From Amoebophrya sp. A120 (Eukaryota > Protista > Dinoflagellata), in assembly GCA_905178155.1 (NCBI GenBank), contig CAJINV010000019.1, positions 626,475 through 690,474 of the forward strand: a DNA stretch of 64,000 nt. Direction: 5' to 3'. Made by a program: the position numbers and the translations under genes. The stretch's first letter is position 1, and each line of letters opens with the position of its first letter. The notes under the pieces are model-generated. The model was not told the DNA's origin. It did not search any database and saw only the letters and a list, made by a program, of their open reading frames with translations. Shown here in pieces: positions 26,501 to 33,973 of this stretch.

Positions 26501-28637
26501 ACTGTGTCGTATCCTTAGTGCCGCATCCTTCTCGACCATGTCGTACTTTATCAAGTCTTCCGGTTTGTGTTTGTCTATCCTGTGCAAAAAACGAAATCTC
26601 AAACACGACATGTTTAGTGTGAGTGCTGTGAACAAAAACCGCAAAACGCTTTTACCAATATTATTTTTTTTGGTCCAAGCAAAGCCTGTCCTGTATGCAG
26701 AACCCGTCTAAAAATACGAGCGCTAGCATATTTATGATTACCCTTGGGTTATACATTCTAACTATCGCAGCAGGTTTCGGGATGTCTTTGCGCAGGATAG
26801 CTTCACTCTCGGGTTTTGTTTCCTCTTCGTTCTCGTCCTCGGGAGCGTCATCATCGCCTGTGGATGTTGTTGACTCGTCCTCGGGAGCAGCTGTGGATGT
26901 TGTTGACTCAGTCGACTTACTCCCGGATTCGTCAGTTTTTTTATTTGCTTCGTCGGTGGTTGCGTCTTTAATCGCATCTTTTTGCGAACCCGCAGCTGTA
27001 CTATCGGAAGTAGGTTTGTTATCCTTGTCCTCCGCTGCCGCATCCTTCGTGTATGACCTGCTCAAACGTTACAATCTCAAACGGTACAATAGAGTCTGAG
27101 ATTTGTCTTGCATGATCAACATGACAGACTCGGACAGCGTTCCACTTTTTGCAATACAAATTTCGCCAGATTGTAGTGCGGATTGGGACTCCAGAACTTG
27201 TCATGCGCAATCCTGTGGGAGTAGGGTAGATCATGCACTTCTTGCAACACAAATTCCAGATTCTATTGTAACGTTTGAGATTGTAACACCTGAGCAGGTT
27301 ATATCGTACCGCTCCACTTTTTCCAGTCTCGCACGATCCACCTGGGTATGGAAGCGTCAGGTTTGAAATCGTCAAAGTTGAAATAATTTGTAATGCATAA
27401 AATGCATGACCCAAGGCGCGTGTGTTGCAGAGCAGGCAAGTGAGGCCGACTGTGAGCCTGTTTGGGGTTACAGCTCGAGCTGCTAAAGTAGCATGAGAAA
27501 ATCACTCTTCTTTGCCTAAACAGCATGACAAACTGGATTTAGGGACCGCCGAAATTTGTCATGCGCCACTTGGAAACTGGGTTCCAACTGGCATCCATTT
27601 TATGCATGCCAAATTATTTCAACTTTGTCGATTTCAACTCTGACACATCCATACTGGGCGCCACCTCCGTATCACTGGTAACCCCGACTTATCCGTTGCA
27701 AAAGCATTAGCGCGCTCGTGCTCATTGCAATCATGCATGACACATGTGGTTTAGCTTTAGGTTTTCCACATGAAAAATCCGCATCACAAAGTCCAGTTCC
27801 TTTTGAAAGAATTTTCATACTTCCGCAATTCCACGAGTTCGGACAATCAGAAACTTTTGCAATCCCTACGTCTTTATATTTCACTTTCAGACACTTATCA
27901 GTCCCACCCCCACAGCTTCCCGTCGGCTCCATGACTTTTGCCCGCTTCCACTGCCCGGGGTTCTTCGCACTGTTTACCCCCTCCTGCGTCCGAAACGCCC
28001 AGACCTCCTCCCCGGGAAGGTTGTTGTACCCGAACTTGCCAAAGTGGTTCTTCTGCAGAAATCGCTTCATCGTGTTCCCCGCCTGTAAGCGCCGGATGTC
28101 GCAGCCGCCGGTTTTTTTCGCAATGAACTGCTGACTCCGATCGGATTTTTCCACGTTCAGCAAGGAAAGGTTACCCGAAGCGGCTGCATTCTTCGTCTGC
28201 AGAAGTTCCGATGAAGCGTTGTTCTTTTTGCTGTTGTTCGACAATGTGGTCCCGACCTGCCTGTCAACCAAGCTCCCAACGACTGCATTTGATGTTCCCG
28301 CATTCATCTTGCTAATTCCCTGCGCTTCGTGCGCTTCCAGCATTCGGGTTTGCAGCGCCCGAAAGACGGGGGAATCGCGGCCGAGCTGACTCGCAAACAC
28401 TTCGGCGAGCTTGGGAGGCTGGTTGGAATTAGAAGTTGTACCATCGCCCGGTTGGTTATTATTGGCGAGTATGTTGGCAGCCTGTCCGGAACTTCTCTGG
28501 CCGTTAGGCGCATACATCTCGTGCAAGATTTCATAGGAGGCAAAGGAAGATGTGGGCATGACGTCGCTTTTGCCGGGCTGGATGGACAAGGCGGAAAAGG
28601 TGGTAGCTTCTTTTTTTTTACTGTTTTTACTCGACAA
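14581..28637 (-). CDS. Paralogue A of an unknown Cys-containing family (possible Tudor/Agenet-like beta modules, acidic tandem repeats); host of the nested LINE
   Basis: Exon motifs match the genes at 38371 and 42588: CDIRRLQAGNT / NPGQWKRAKV / KCLKVKYKD vs CNLRRRAANST / NPGMWKRGTI / ECLGIRWRD; RSHAPPEF vs RNHAPPAF; EGSAVEV..GFVTKLW vs VGTQVEV..GKVTRLL. Exons PGEPRAQ (ending 21461) and GFVTKLW (starting near 15105) join in frame across 15111-21460. Both gene ends uncertain. Confidence 0.6.
15303..21374 (-). mobile_element. 5'-truncated non-LTR retrotransposon (LINE, APE + RT type) inserted inside a family-A introner
   Basis: Splits an introner into 15111-15302 and 21375-21460. (ATG)5 3' tail at 15301-15315 (plus strand CATCATCATCATCAT), ~1-kb 3' UTR, RT ORF. 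Confidence 0.88.
16299..21383 (-). CDS. LINE ORF2-like protein: C-terminal remnant of APE endonuclease plus reverse transcriptase (FIDD)
   Basis: 1694 aa, no stops. APE-end motifs RAIDFV and TDHLAL. RT motifs AGGADG, KLRTV..PCYRLL, GVDAANFFNSL, MIQGS, QFIDDG, LSPAKS and RILG occur in the canonical order, with long inserts. Confidence 0.85.
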   Translation of the reverse strand: MYKGASRRAIDFVAVGANHASIFEQPKLQRMKVANTPEGSCEMLEKHEHPLEEETDHLALLLDVVWRPHWAALRKFEEVLQQMAREKAGVQTESGLKFNATYAERIPQGLSTENRVKIYKGRNNFEKAAPFPMITAWPRNTHKAEALQKAFEGKAMPDLEKEGIHQVETWMQEVLVDEKLIAPIPAEMPKNLQKLFERAKPERFAHRKKGTGKGGKCTSKGKGSKGLPGMKGRKGFGKVRKGGIVLGKDVANTEDDLQQLAREAKETAERWVKSFEHDCDPDQMDNQYKRAKAAKLQVCGAQRGAAAGEQSCLNIGSEADPVYVYGAEECAVKIAEFHLSKNEHIRREAGKRHTFDRAEFAKALGELTQAADLVPDIEITGKDLKAHLKRVNGEAGGADGMRVKAFQGLGMKQLCNLARGYTSFLRKVKKMKFEPWLEDKDQVIHPLLTTLQVELLVKGLGNDIRKLRTVIKGTPCYRLLLSYLVYISARVADLGDNYTPAGAGGKPGASSVVTALEILGTIYSDELQDGWNRKLDAEPKKFLKLQKKREGAPRSKASKLGGKKRAKGSKGTKKATKAASASPLVLHEQSTFGLDIEKGSQSKAKHEAKPLAAPGSPAAADRDASAQEQPSSGEEAEWLTCLIGVDAANFFNSLSVCSAARVLRDARIHPVIIKLIMIATYSKKLYLRNGEVFGEISGHHEMIQGSVDAMMCGSLLFMPAVHQVAKFLSGCFDEEGRVVPDAELRKLAHTMRNAVEKRYASGEDLDTSFRKYDVRTEVGELFFDVGTNGGQSTGFRRVATQTRDDKRKGRVRFEYQDGKLQNPHKAAKRRAATAVQFIDDGTISLRFRKQDRQAVHWILQQVSKIYERMYVSEGQFLSPAKSELLCSDQEVEAFALLHAFTPLGVQLLRKRATRILGAIITLQGIDEQRAATKGQITSAIGLGQHLAAKVMASQKEMAGEELRWLVVMFYLSGLLYLLPLMQVILQPSDWADLLMDMATAVAETLGFSKRAWVELTARAQLQPQCFYRVIFSENCLALIDPFVMSIKLLRSACQSSILTDMDFLLPKAVYPVRVLGAGETGIKYSDKEDLKEQAKADIALVQALVDGAATRISHRSDLRVAGFVQDRTLRRDKMSPGLPVYEIRASTDLTATVCVERSTGRIVAQYRTKLEHLKVEVRRQERRFLAYVSNAMALLRGVMQYCHGVQRAGVELSDYKRLQSNTRGPLRQGNGIVLSLVEALEGAQALGYEVRKEVLPKHGENFRDLDSGVPVHAVPLEIVNVAQRDNCYTTWPVYEFGEEAYKFPPVRDWPKMSRTRRTLYLDECLGIEQGKEVKPEGGKEEEQAPSVQERGDQKEAKGTAAGDVPAEKVDAGSATEQQSGTEKHKSDVAKDPLSKFHMEADCLSLCRTLAKGASKPAQGEVSPPKPAMSSRATVEELRLPVGSSASASSSSSSISHKRYDQLTMSERKRFAKRLPKVAREGSNALSWGEGVDRSTALAEDEMCLTEQGVSPSHSAGCSPKSWQPEKLVKGSPEKKLRKVAQPSTEDATSQESRGTEKARTVSSSGVLGSSLPNGATREAKRSEGGSEAASLSAGRASSPVWPGVSEGKQERSDKARQACTGAELPRRTFASDVQVGKFQRLLDVVHLMLPSNDGEAGRGTGQKQEAPLECEQLSPRSWGEMLRRVTGRKKEDVE
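21526..21781. mobile_element. Introner family A
   Basis: TIRs; TSD TGGGC/TGGGT. Confidence 0.9.
22299..22443. mobile_element. Introner family B (right end GCA instead of ATA)
   Basis: TIRs; TSD GCTCG/GCTCG. Confidence 0.88.
22507..22760. mobile_element. Introner family A
   Basis: TIRs; TSD TGGCG/TGGCG. Confidence 0.92.
22790..23039. mobile_element. Introner family A (reverse orientation of 3260-3511)
   Basis: TIRs; TSD GCTGC/GCTGC. Confidence 0.92.
23344..23605. mobile_element. Introner family A
   Basis: TIRs; TSD TTTCG/TTTCG. Confidence 0.92.
23671..23926. mobile_element. Introner family A
   Basis: TIRs; TSD TGTAG/TGTAG. Confidence 0.92.
24189..24820 (-). repeat. Coding tandem repeat, 156 bp (52 aa) x ~4 apparently identical copies
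   Basis: GTCCTTGGAATTAATATCG recurs at 24192, 24348, 24504 and 24660. Encodes KDEGKNVNEDSTTTKEQEEKDDEDDTATNKSGDSNKPDENTQSTPGDNDINS. Confidence 0.95.
25452..25705. mobile_element. Old introner, family D
   Basis: TATCCTGTG...CGCAGGATA; flanks TTGTC/GCTTC (diverged); removing element + 5 bp restores the frame. Confidence 0.75.
26014..26237. mobile_element. Old introner, family D (duplicated with its exon)
   Basis: TATCCTGTGCAAA...TTTGCGCAGGATA; flanks TTGTC/GCTTC. Confidence 0.75.
26576..26799. mobile_element. Old introner, family D (near-identical to 26014-26237)
   Basis: Same ends and flanks, 562 bp offset. Confidence 0.75.
27052..27303. mobile_element. Introner family E
   Basis: TATGACCTGCTCA...TGAGCAGGTTATA with ~50-bp imperfect TIR; TSD TCGTG/TCGTA. 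Confidence 0.9.
27347..27653. mobile_element. Introner family F
   Basis: TATGGAAGCGTCAG...CTGACACATCCATA; TSD CTGGG/CTGGG. Confidence 0.9.
27690..27868. mobile_element. Degenerate introner, family B-like
   Basis: TATCCGTTGCAAAAG...CTTTTGCAATCCCTA; TSD CGACT/CGTCT. Confidence 0.8.
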
Positions 28638-29331
28638 ATTCTTACAAAAGCAAAACCGCTACCGACTATATCTATATCTTCAGATGCGCCGCCAGAATAG
28701 TGAGTACTATCACGCAACAAGGCCACACCAGGTACCACTAGTACGGTCACTGAACAGCGAGAAGCCAAGAAAAATGGAATTCTCCCTTACAAAAGTCAAG
28801 AAATGCAGCTATCACGCAGCGTTACTTTCAACTGTACTAGTAGCCGAGATGGGGTGCAGGATGACGAGCACGAATGCCACGATGTCACTACAGGCGGCTC
28901 TGCTGTTTTTCTCTCGCGGAGCAGATTGTGGAGCTCTAGTATCTATAGATACGATTGATTAAAAGAAAAAGACGACCACCACGACGACAAGCACGATAAG
29001 AGTTGTGATATACCGTGGACGATAATGCGATTGCAACGACTGCGTCTGCGAAATATCAAAGAACCACTCGAGCGATGGAAAACATCAAGTCGATTATGTT
29101 GAACAGAATTTCTTGCGATCATTCAGGTCTCCGGAAGTTGAAAAATAAAACTTTAAGCAAAAACTATCAGTAGAAGCACTGAGGAGCAGTTCTATGTATG
29201 AGTCGCTCTTTCCCGACATGTTTTGCGTGCTGGCCTTCTTCTGCCACAGAATAAAAACAATATCTCCAGCTTCTCTCCTGAATTCGCGATGCGGGTTCAT
29301 GATATTATGGAAGAAGCCGTGAAAATGTTTA

Positions 29332-31643
29332 TCAGTAGCAGTAAGTCCTTGTTCTGTGAAAGGGGAGTAATTTCCCTTCCCCATCCAGCTGCACGGCTTT
29401 TCGCCAGAGGTAGTAGTCGAGGTTCGCCATGTTCAATCCGTTCTCGAAATCTTCCTTCTCGTATCGTGAGAAAAAACTGCTTCACTTTGATGATTTTGCA
29501 AGATCTGCATCACAAGTTTGTTACGCATGACACACAAAATTTGCCATGCGCGCTTCCCAAGCGAAAACATGCTTAAAAATCCAATGTCTTGCAGGTGTAG
29601 CAAGACAAATCGCTCTGTGCTCCATTCTATGCATCACAAGTTCACAGTGAAACAAATTTTTCTTGCGATATCTCGTGCATTTTCCGCAGCAGCTCCAGCA
29701 GATCCGCACAGGCGACGATTTATCAAATGCAAAAAGTGTCTGGGTCTGGAAGATTTCTAGATTTGTCATGCATATTTTCCATGAGTCATGATGTCTGTAA
29801 CACATGCCGTAGCATCACAAATTTCTAGAGGGCTTTGCGATACCTCTACCGCATGAGAAATGCCCTATCCGTGTAGCACAAATTGCACCCCTCTCGCTGG
29901 TCATGCAATACAAATTTTTTTAGATTCCAAAAACAGCATGACAAGTTGCAATCTTCCAGACCCAGACATTTTTACATTTGATACGATTGTGCCCGCTCGA
30001 AGGGAGACCTCGAAATCGGAGTTTTCTGGGATGTATCAAGTGCAAATATGTCTGGGTCTGGAAGATTCTGAGACTTGTGATGCACGTTTTGCATGAGCCA
30101 TGATGTCTGTGATGCATGTCCTAGCATGGCAGATGTTTTGAGGGCATCTTGATGCCTATTCCGCATGACAAATGCCCTTTCCGCGTAGCACAAATCGCAT
30201 CCCCTTTGCTGGACATGCAATACAGATTTTTTTGGAATCCAAATGCAGCATCACAAATTGCATTCTTCCACACCCAGACATTTTTGCATTTGATAGGATG
30301 AACTCGCAGTTTTCGATTATGCTTAATAACGGCGTGCTGTGTTTTGTCACCTTTACTTGCGAAGAAGTTGTAGAGGTCTTTTCGCTTGGTAGTTGTACTT
30401 GTTCTTCGCAGCTGCCGCTCATAGTACCGTCTTCGGTTGTTCCGGTTCCCACGCTAGTTTTGCTAGAAATATTAAAGTCGAACACTTTTTCGGTGAGGAA
30501 CAACTGCGGCAAGCGGTAATCGGAAAACACCGTCAACGATTGGTTTAAGTCAGAAAACACCACCAACTTATCTGCGTGCAACATCGAGGCCGCGAGCTGC
30601 GGCCGCTTCGCGAACTCGATGTTGTCCCGACGCAGGTCCCGGAAAGCAGGGACGTGTTTGCAAAGAAGGTAGACAAATTTTCCCACGGTCGGCTTCTCTC
30701 CCAAAATCTCCAAAAGCTTCTCCAGAGACACCCTGTTCGAATAACAGTCCCCGAGCGACCGCAAGCACTGCATTCTCCAGGGCAGGAGAGGGAGGGAACC
30801 AGCATTGGCTGCCGGGCGGAACACATTTTCGAGGTGAGGGACTGTGATTTGTTGTAGAAAATGTCCATTCCGCCAGATAGTCGAGTCCCTGACCTCCTTC
30901 TCGAGACGCTTCATGGCCTCGACAATGGCGAACGCCTCGTCGTCCTTCCCGAAAAACTTTTGTTCGCCCCGTTCGTCGTCTTCACCCTCATCGCTGATAA
31001 ACCAGCGCGGCTTGCCGTTGTCGGGAAAAAAGGAAAAGTTAATGACATTGTAGGCCAGGATTCGCGCGATGTCGTTCAAGCGGGTTTCGAATTTATCGTA
31101 GTCCGGCATGACAACATCCTCGTCCCGTTCTGGCACAACAATTATCTTCTCCGCACCAGCAGGGCTGCTTTTCGCGCAACTCACGTCGCACAAATCCCGG
31201 ATATCGATGGATTGCGCGAACTTTTGTAGAGCTTCTGTCGGAATGGAGAGCTTCGCACAGCTACTTTCCAAAAACTTCCGGCACTCGGGGATGATACGAG
31301 ACGGAGGGAGGAACTGCTCCGGGAGGGAGACTTCCGGTTCCGCATCGGGTTTGTTCGCGACAATCTCCTCTGTCCGGTAGTTGAACGGAGGGAAGACCAG
31401 CGGCGGAAGAGTCTCCTGACGACTCCAATCCACTTCCGGGGGTGCGGTTATGATGTTCTTCTTGCCATCCATGTTTAGCTGCTCTTGCAGAGCAGGCTGT
31501 GTTTTCAAAACAGCCTGGGTCGACGTATACACATGAGGGGACATCATCGCCTCGTGTGGTGCTCCTCGCACTACAGTCATGATCTTTTTGATTCGATTTG
31601 GTTGTTGTAGTGTGGGTTGTGCTTGTGTTTGCTCTTCATACAA
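29332..31643 (-). CDS. QNG1: Queuosine 5'-phosphate N-glycosylase/hydrolase (Q salvage protein, DUF2419)
   Basis: Motifs NVINFSFF, FAKRPQL, LTVFSDYRLPQ. After removing three introners the C-terminus reads EVSLRAGTIVAC...NMANLDYYLW...LPFHRTRTYCY*, matching DUF2419 family ends. Start uncertain. Confidence 0.85.
29462..29670. mobile_element. Introner family G
   Basis: TATCGTGAGAAAAA...TTTTTCTTGCGATA; TSD TCTCG/TCTCG. Confidence 0.92.
29721..29983. mobile_element. Introner family A
   Basis: TIRs; TSD CGATT/CGATT. Confidence 0.92.
30034..30295. mobile_element. Introner family A
   Basis: TIRs; TSD GGATG/GGATG. Confidence 0.92.
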
Positions 31644-32733
31644 CTAGAACTAGGCAAAAGTGAAAACGCCTGCTTTTGTAAGTAAGTGCAAGTCGTACTA
31701 AAGGTAATGAGCTTCCAATCGTTGGAACAGTAAAAACCACGGACCTACTTCTGCAACTCACTTCGCGTAGTTGCCGCGGTGTATTTGGCGTGACACCAGC
31801 TGGTACGAACTTACGACATGCAACTAGGTAGAACAACCAAAGAACAAAATAGAAATAAAACTGACAAGAGGACCCGAGAATCAATACCGGTAGAGAAGTT
31901 GCTCAATTTTCACTAACATCAGAAGATCCTCACACGGAGGTGTGATCGCCGACAGAAGAACTTCAACTTCTCAAGTGGAACCGTCTTACATGGTATACAC
32001 CAATGGAACAGATCATGATCGCGATCAATAATAGCAGGAGAACGCCGAGATTTATAGAAATGAGACGACTGCACCATAGGCTGAAAGGCCTGGTACCTCA
32101 GGTTTTGTTATCAGATGCAGACACGTAGCCGTGCACGAGACTGCATGGAGGCGTAAAATTGTGATATTCATATTTGAATTTGTGCCCCGCAGGCGTGGAA
32201 AATAAACCAAACGCCATTCGGAATTGAAAAAGTTTCCCATATTATGAGTCGAGGTTTTTGGAAGTGCAGAAATGCGCAAATATGCTGAACCGCAAGCTGC
32301 AAGAAAGCTTTCGGCTTCAATGATACAATTCTATTGATATTCACCAGAGTATTTTTGCGTTTGGTGCAGCCGCCAGCTAGGATTGTAGTAGTAGGCTCTC
32401 TTAGAAGATGAGTGCTCATGTGATCACTAGTCAAGATGAGGCAGAAAGTAGCTGCAACTCGGACTCCTCGATGGGAGTGGATGCGAAATCATAAATCAGT
32501 CTAAAGAACTGAAAAGTGGAAATCTAGGATTTTTCTTGCAGCTGTTGCTTTCTGTTTCGTTAGATTTCTACTGGATGTATTGCCTCAGCCTCCCTATTGC
32601 AAACAGAAACATGTCGCAGGAGTAGAGTCAGGTGATAGTTGCTTTATTGCCCAAGGTGGAAAATCTTGATGCGATCAAAATTTCAAGCTTCACATTTTCA
32701 ATGACGGTCCGTCCGCATTTATTTTCGAGACCA

Positions 32734-33871
32734 ATTTTTACTGTGTGCAAAAGTAGAGTTTGTGAAATGGAAGATGCTGTTATTGTCGTGTCTCTTGGCA
32801 ACAAAAATTTTTGCAATTAATTTAGAGCGGGGTAACAAACTAAATCTGGAACTTCGCGGTTGAGTTCCTATCGGGCCGGCGGCCGGATGAGAACTCAACC
32901 ACATCACCGGCGGAACCCGGCGGGCCGGCCCGGTCCTCTTCCCCTGTCCTCAACCGGTCGACCCACTCTTCTCCCCCGTCCGCCCCCGGGCTACGTTGTT
33001 TCATTCGGTAAAAAGCCCCAGCTTTGCCTTGCAAAGGCAGCGGAAAGCGCCGAAACCCCAAAAGCAGACGCGTGGGCTTTCTAGTCTTTATCTGTGCGAC
33101 CGTAATTTCCGCTCCTGCTACTATTCAACGCGGTTTGTGCTTTCTATTTTTTCTACTTTCTGCTTCTGGGTTTGTACTTCCGGAAGCTCTATTCCATGCA
33201 AAGGAAGCGACTGCGCTTTGCTTCAGCGCTGCTACTTCTACTAAGGAATAGCAGGCGCCACTTTCCTGCTACTGCGTTTGTTCTGGCTCTCGCAGCTTCG
33301 GGGTGCAGTCACAGCCTCCGTCTTTATCCAGGACACCACGACGTCGGTGGCACTTGCGCGCCCTAGGTTATTGGCGTAGACCGCCCGCTTCTGTCTCTGC
33401 CCAAATATGGGGCCCCGTAGGAACAAGCAGGGGGAGACAGACGGCAGCACGCTGCCGCCGTCGGGGGTGGTCGAGTCTCAGCAGGCCCCACCGATAAACC
33501 CCTCGCAGCAAGCGGACAACCGCTGGAAGCGGGGAAACGCGGAACGCGGGGAACCACGCCAGGGCTTTTAGCGGTTGTCCGCTCGCTTCCAGCGGTTGCC
33601 CGCCCTCAGTGGCTGATTGGCCGCTTTAGTGATTGCCCGCTGCAAGCGGTGGCCCGCTTTCAGCGGATTCGCGTTTTCAGCGGTGGCCCGCTGTCACCGG
33701 TTGCCGGCTTTCAGCGGCTCTCCGCTTCCAGCGGCTCCTCCGCTTTCAGCGGCTGCCCGCTTTCAGCGTTTGTACGAGTCGCCCGCACGATTTTTACTGT
33801 GTGCAAAAGTAGAGTTTGTGAAATGGAAGATGCTGTTATTGTGTCTCTTGGCAACAAAAATTTTTGCAATT
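32734..33871. repeat. 85/82-bp direct repeats (32734-32818, 33790-33871) flanking a ~970-bp GC-rich insert
   Basis: ATTTTTACTGTGTGCAAAAGTAGAG...CAAAAATTTTTGCAATT is present twice; the left copy has a 3-bp insertion. Confidence 0.9.
33564..33770. repeat. Degenerate ~17-bp minisatellite, about 12 units, consensus GCTTTCAGCGGNTGCCC
   Basis: Repeated CCGC-TTTCA-GCGG palindromic core; inverted copy near 33508-33531. Confidence 0.85.
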
Positions 33872-33973
33872 TACAAATCATCCATGTAGTCGTGTTTTAG
33901 TTGCACTTCTTTAGTCTTCAGATAAGTAAACAAGAAGAAATGCCAGCTGCAAATTGTTCAACGCACCGGCTAC

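Larger units (their letters stand above)
25420..27050 (-). repeat. Tandem exon+intron duplication, 562-bp period, about 3 units
   Basis: Introner starts at 25452, 26014 and 26576; acidic Ser/Thr-rich exon repeated (ORFs 25693, 26099, 26661). Confidence 0.9.
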
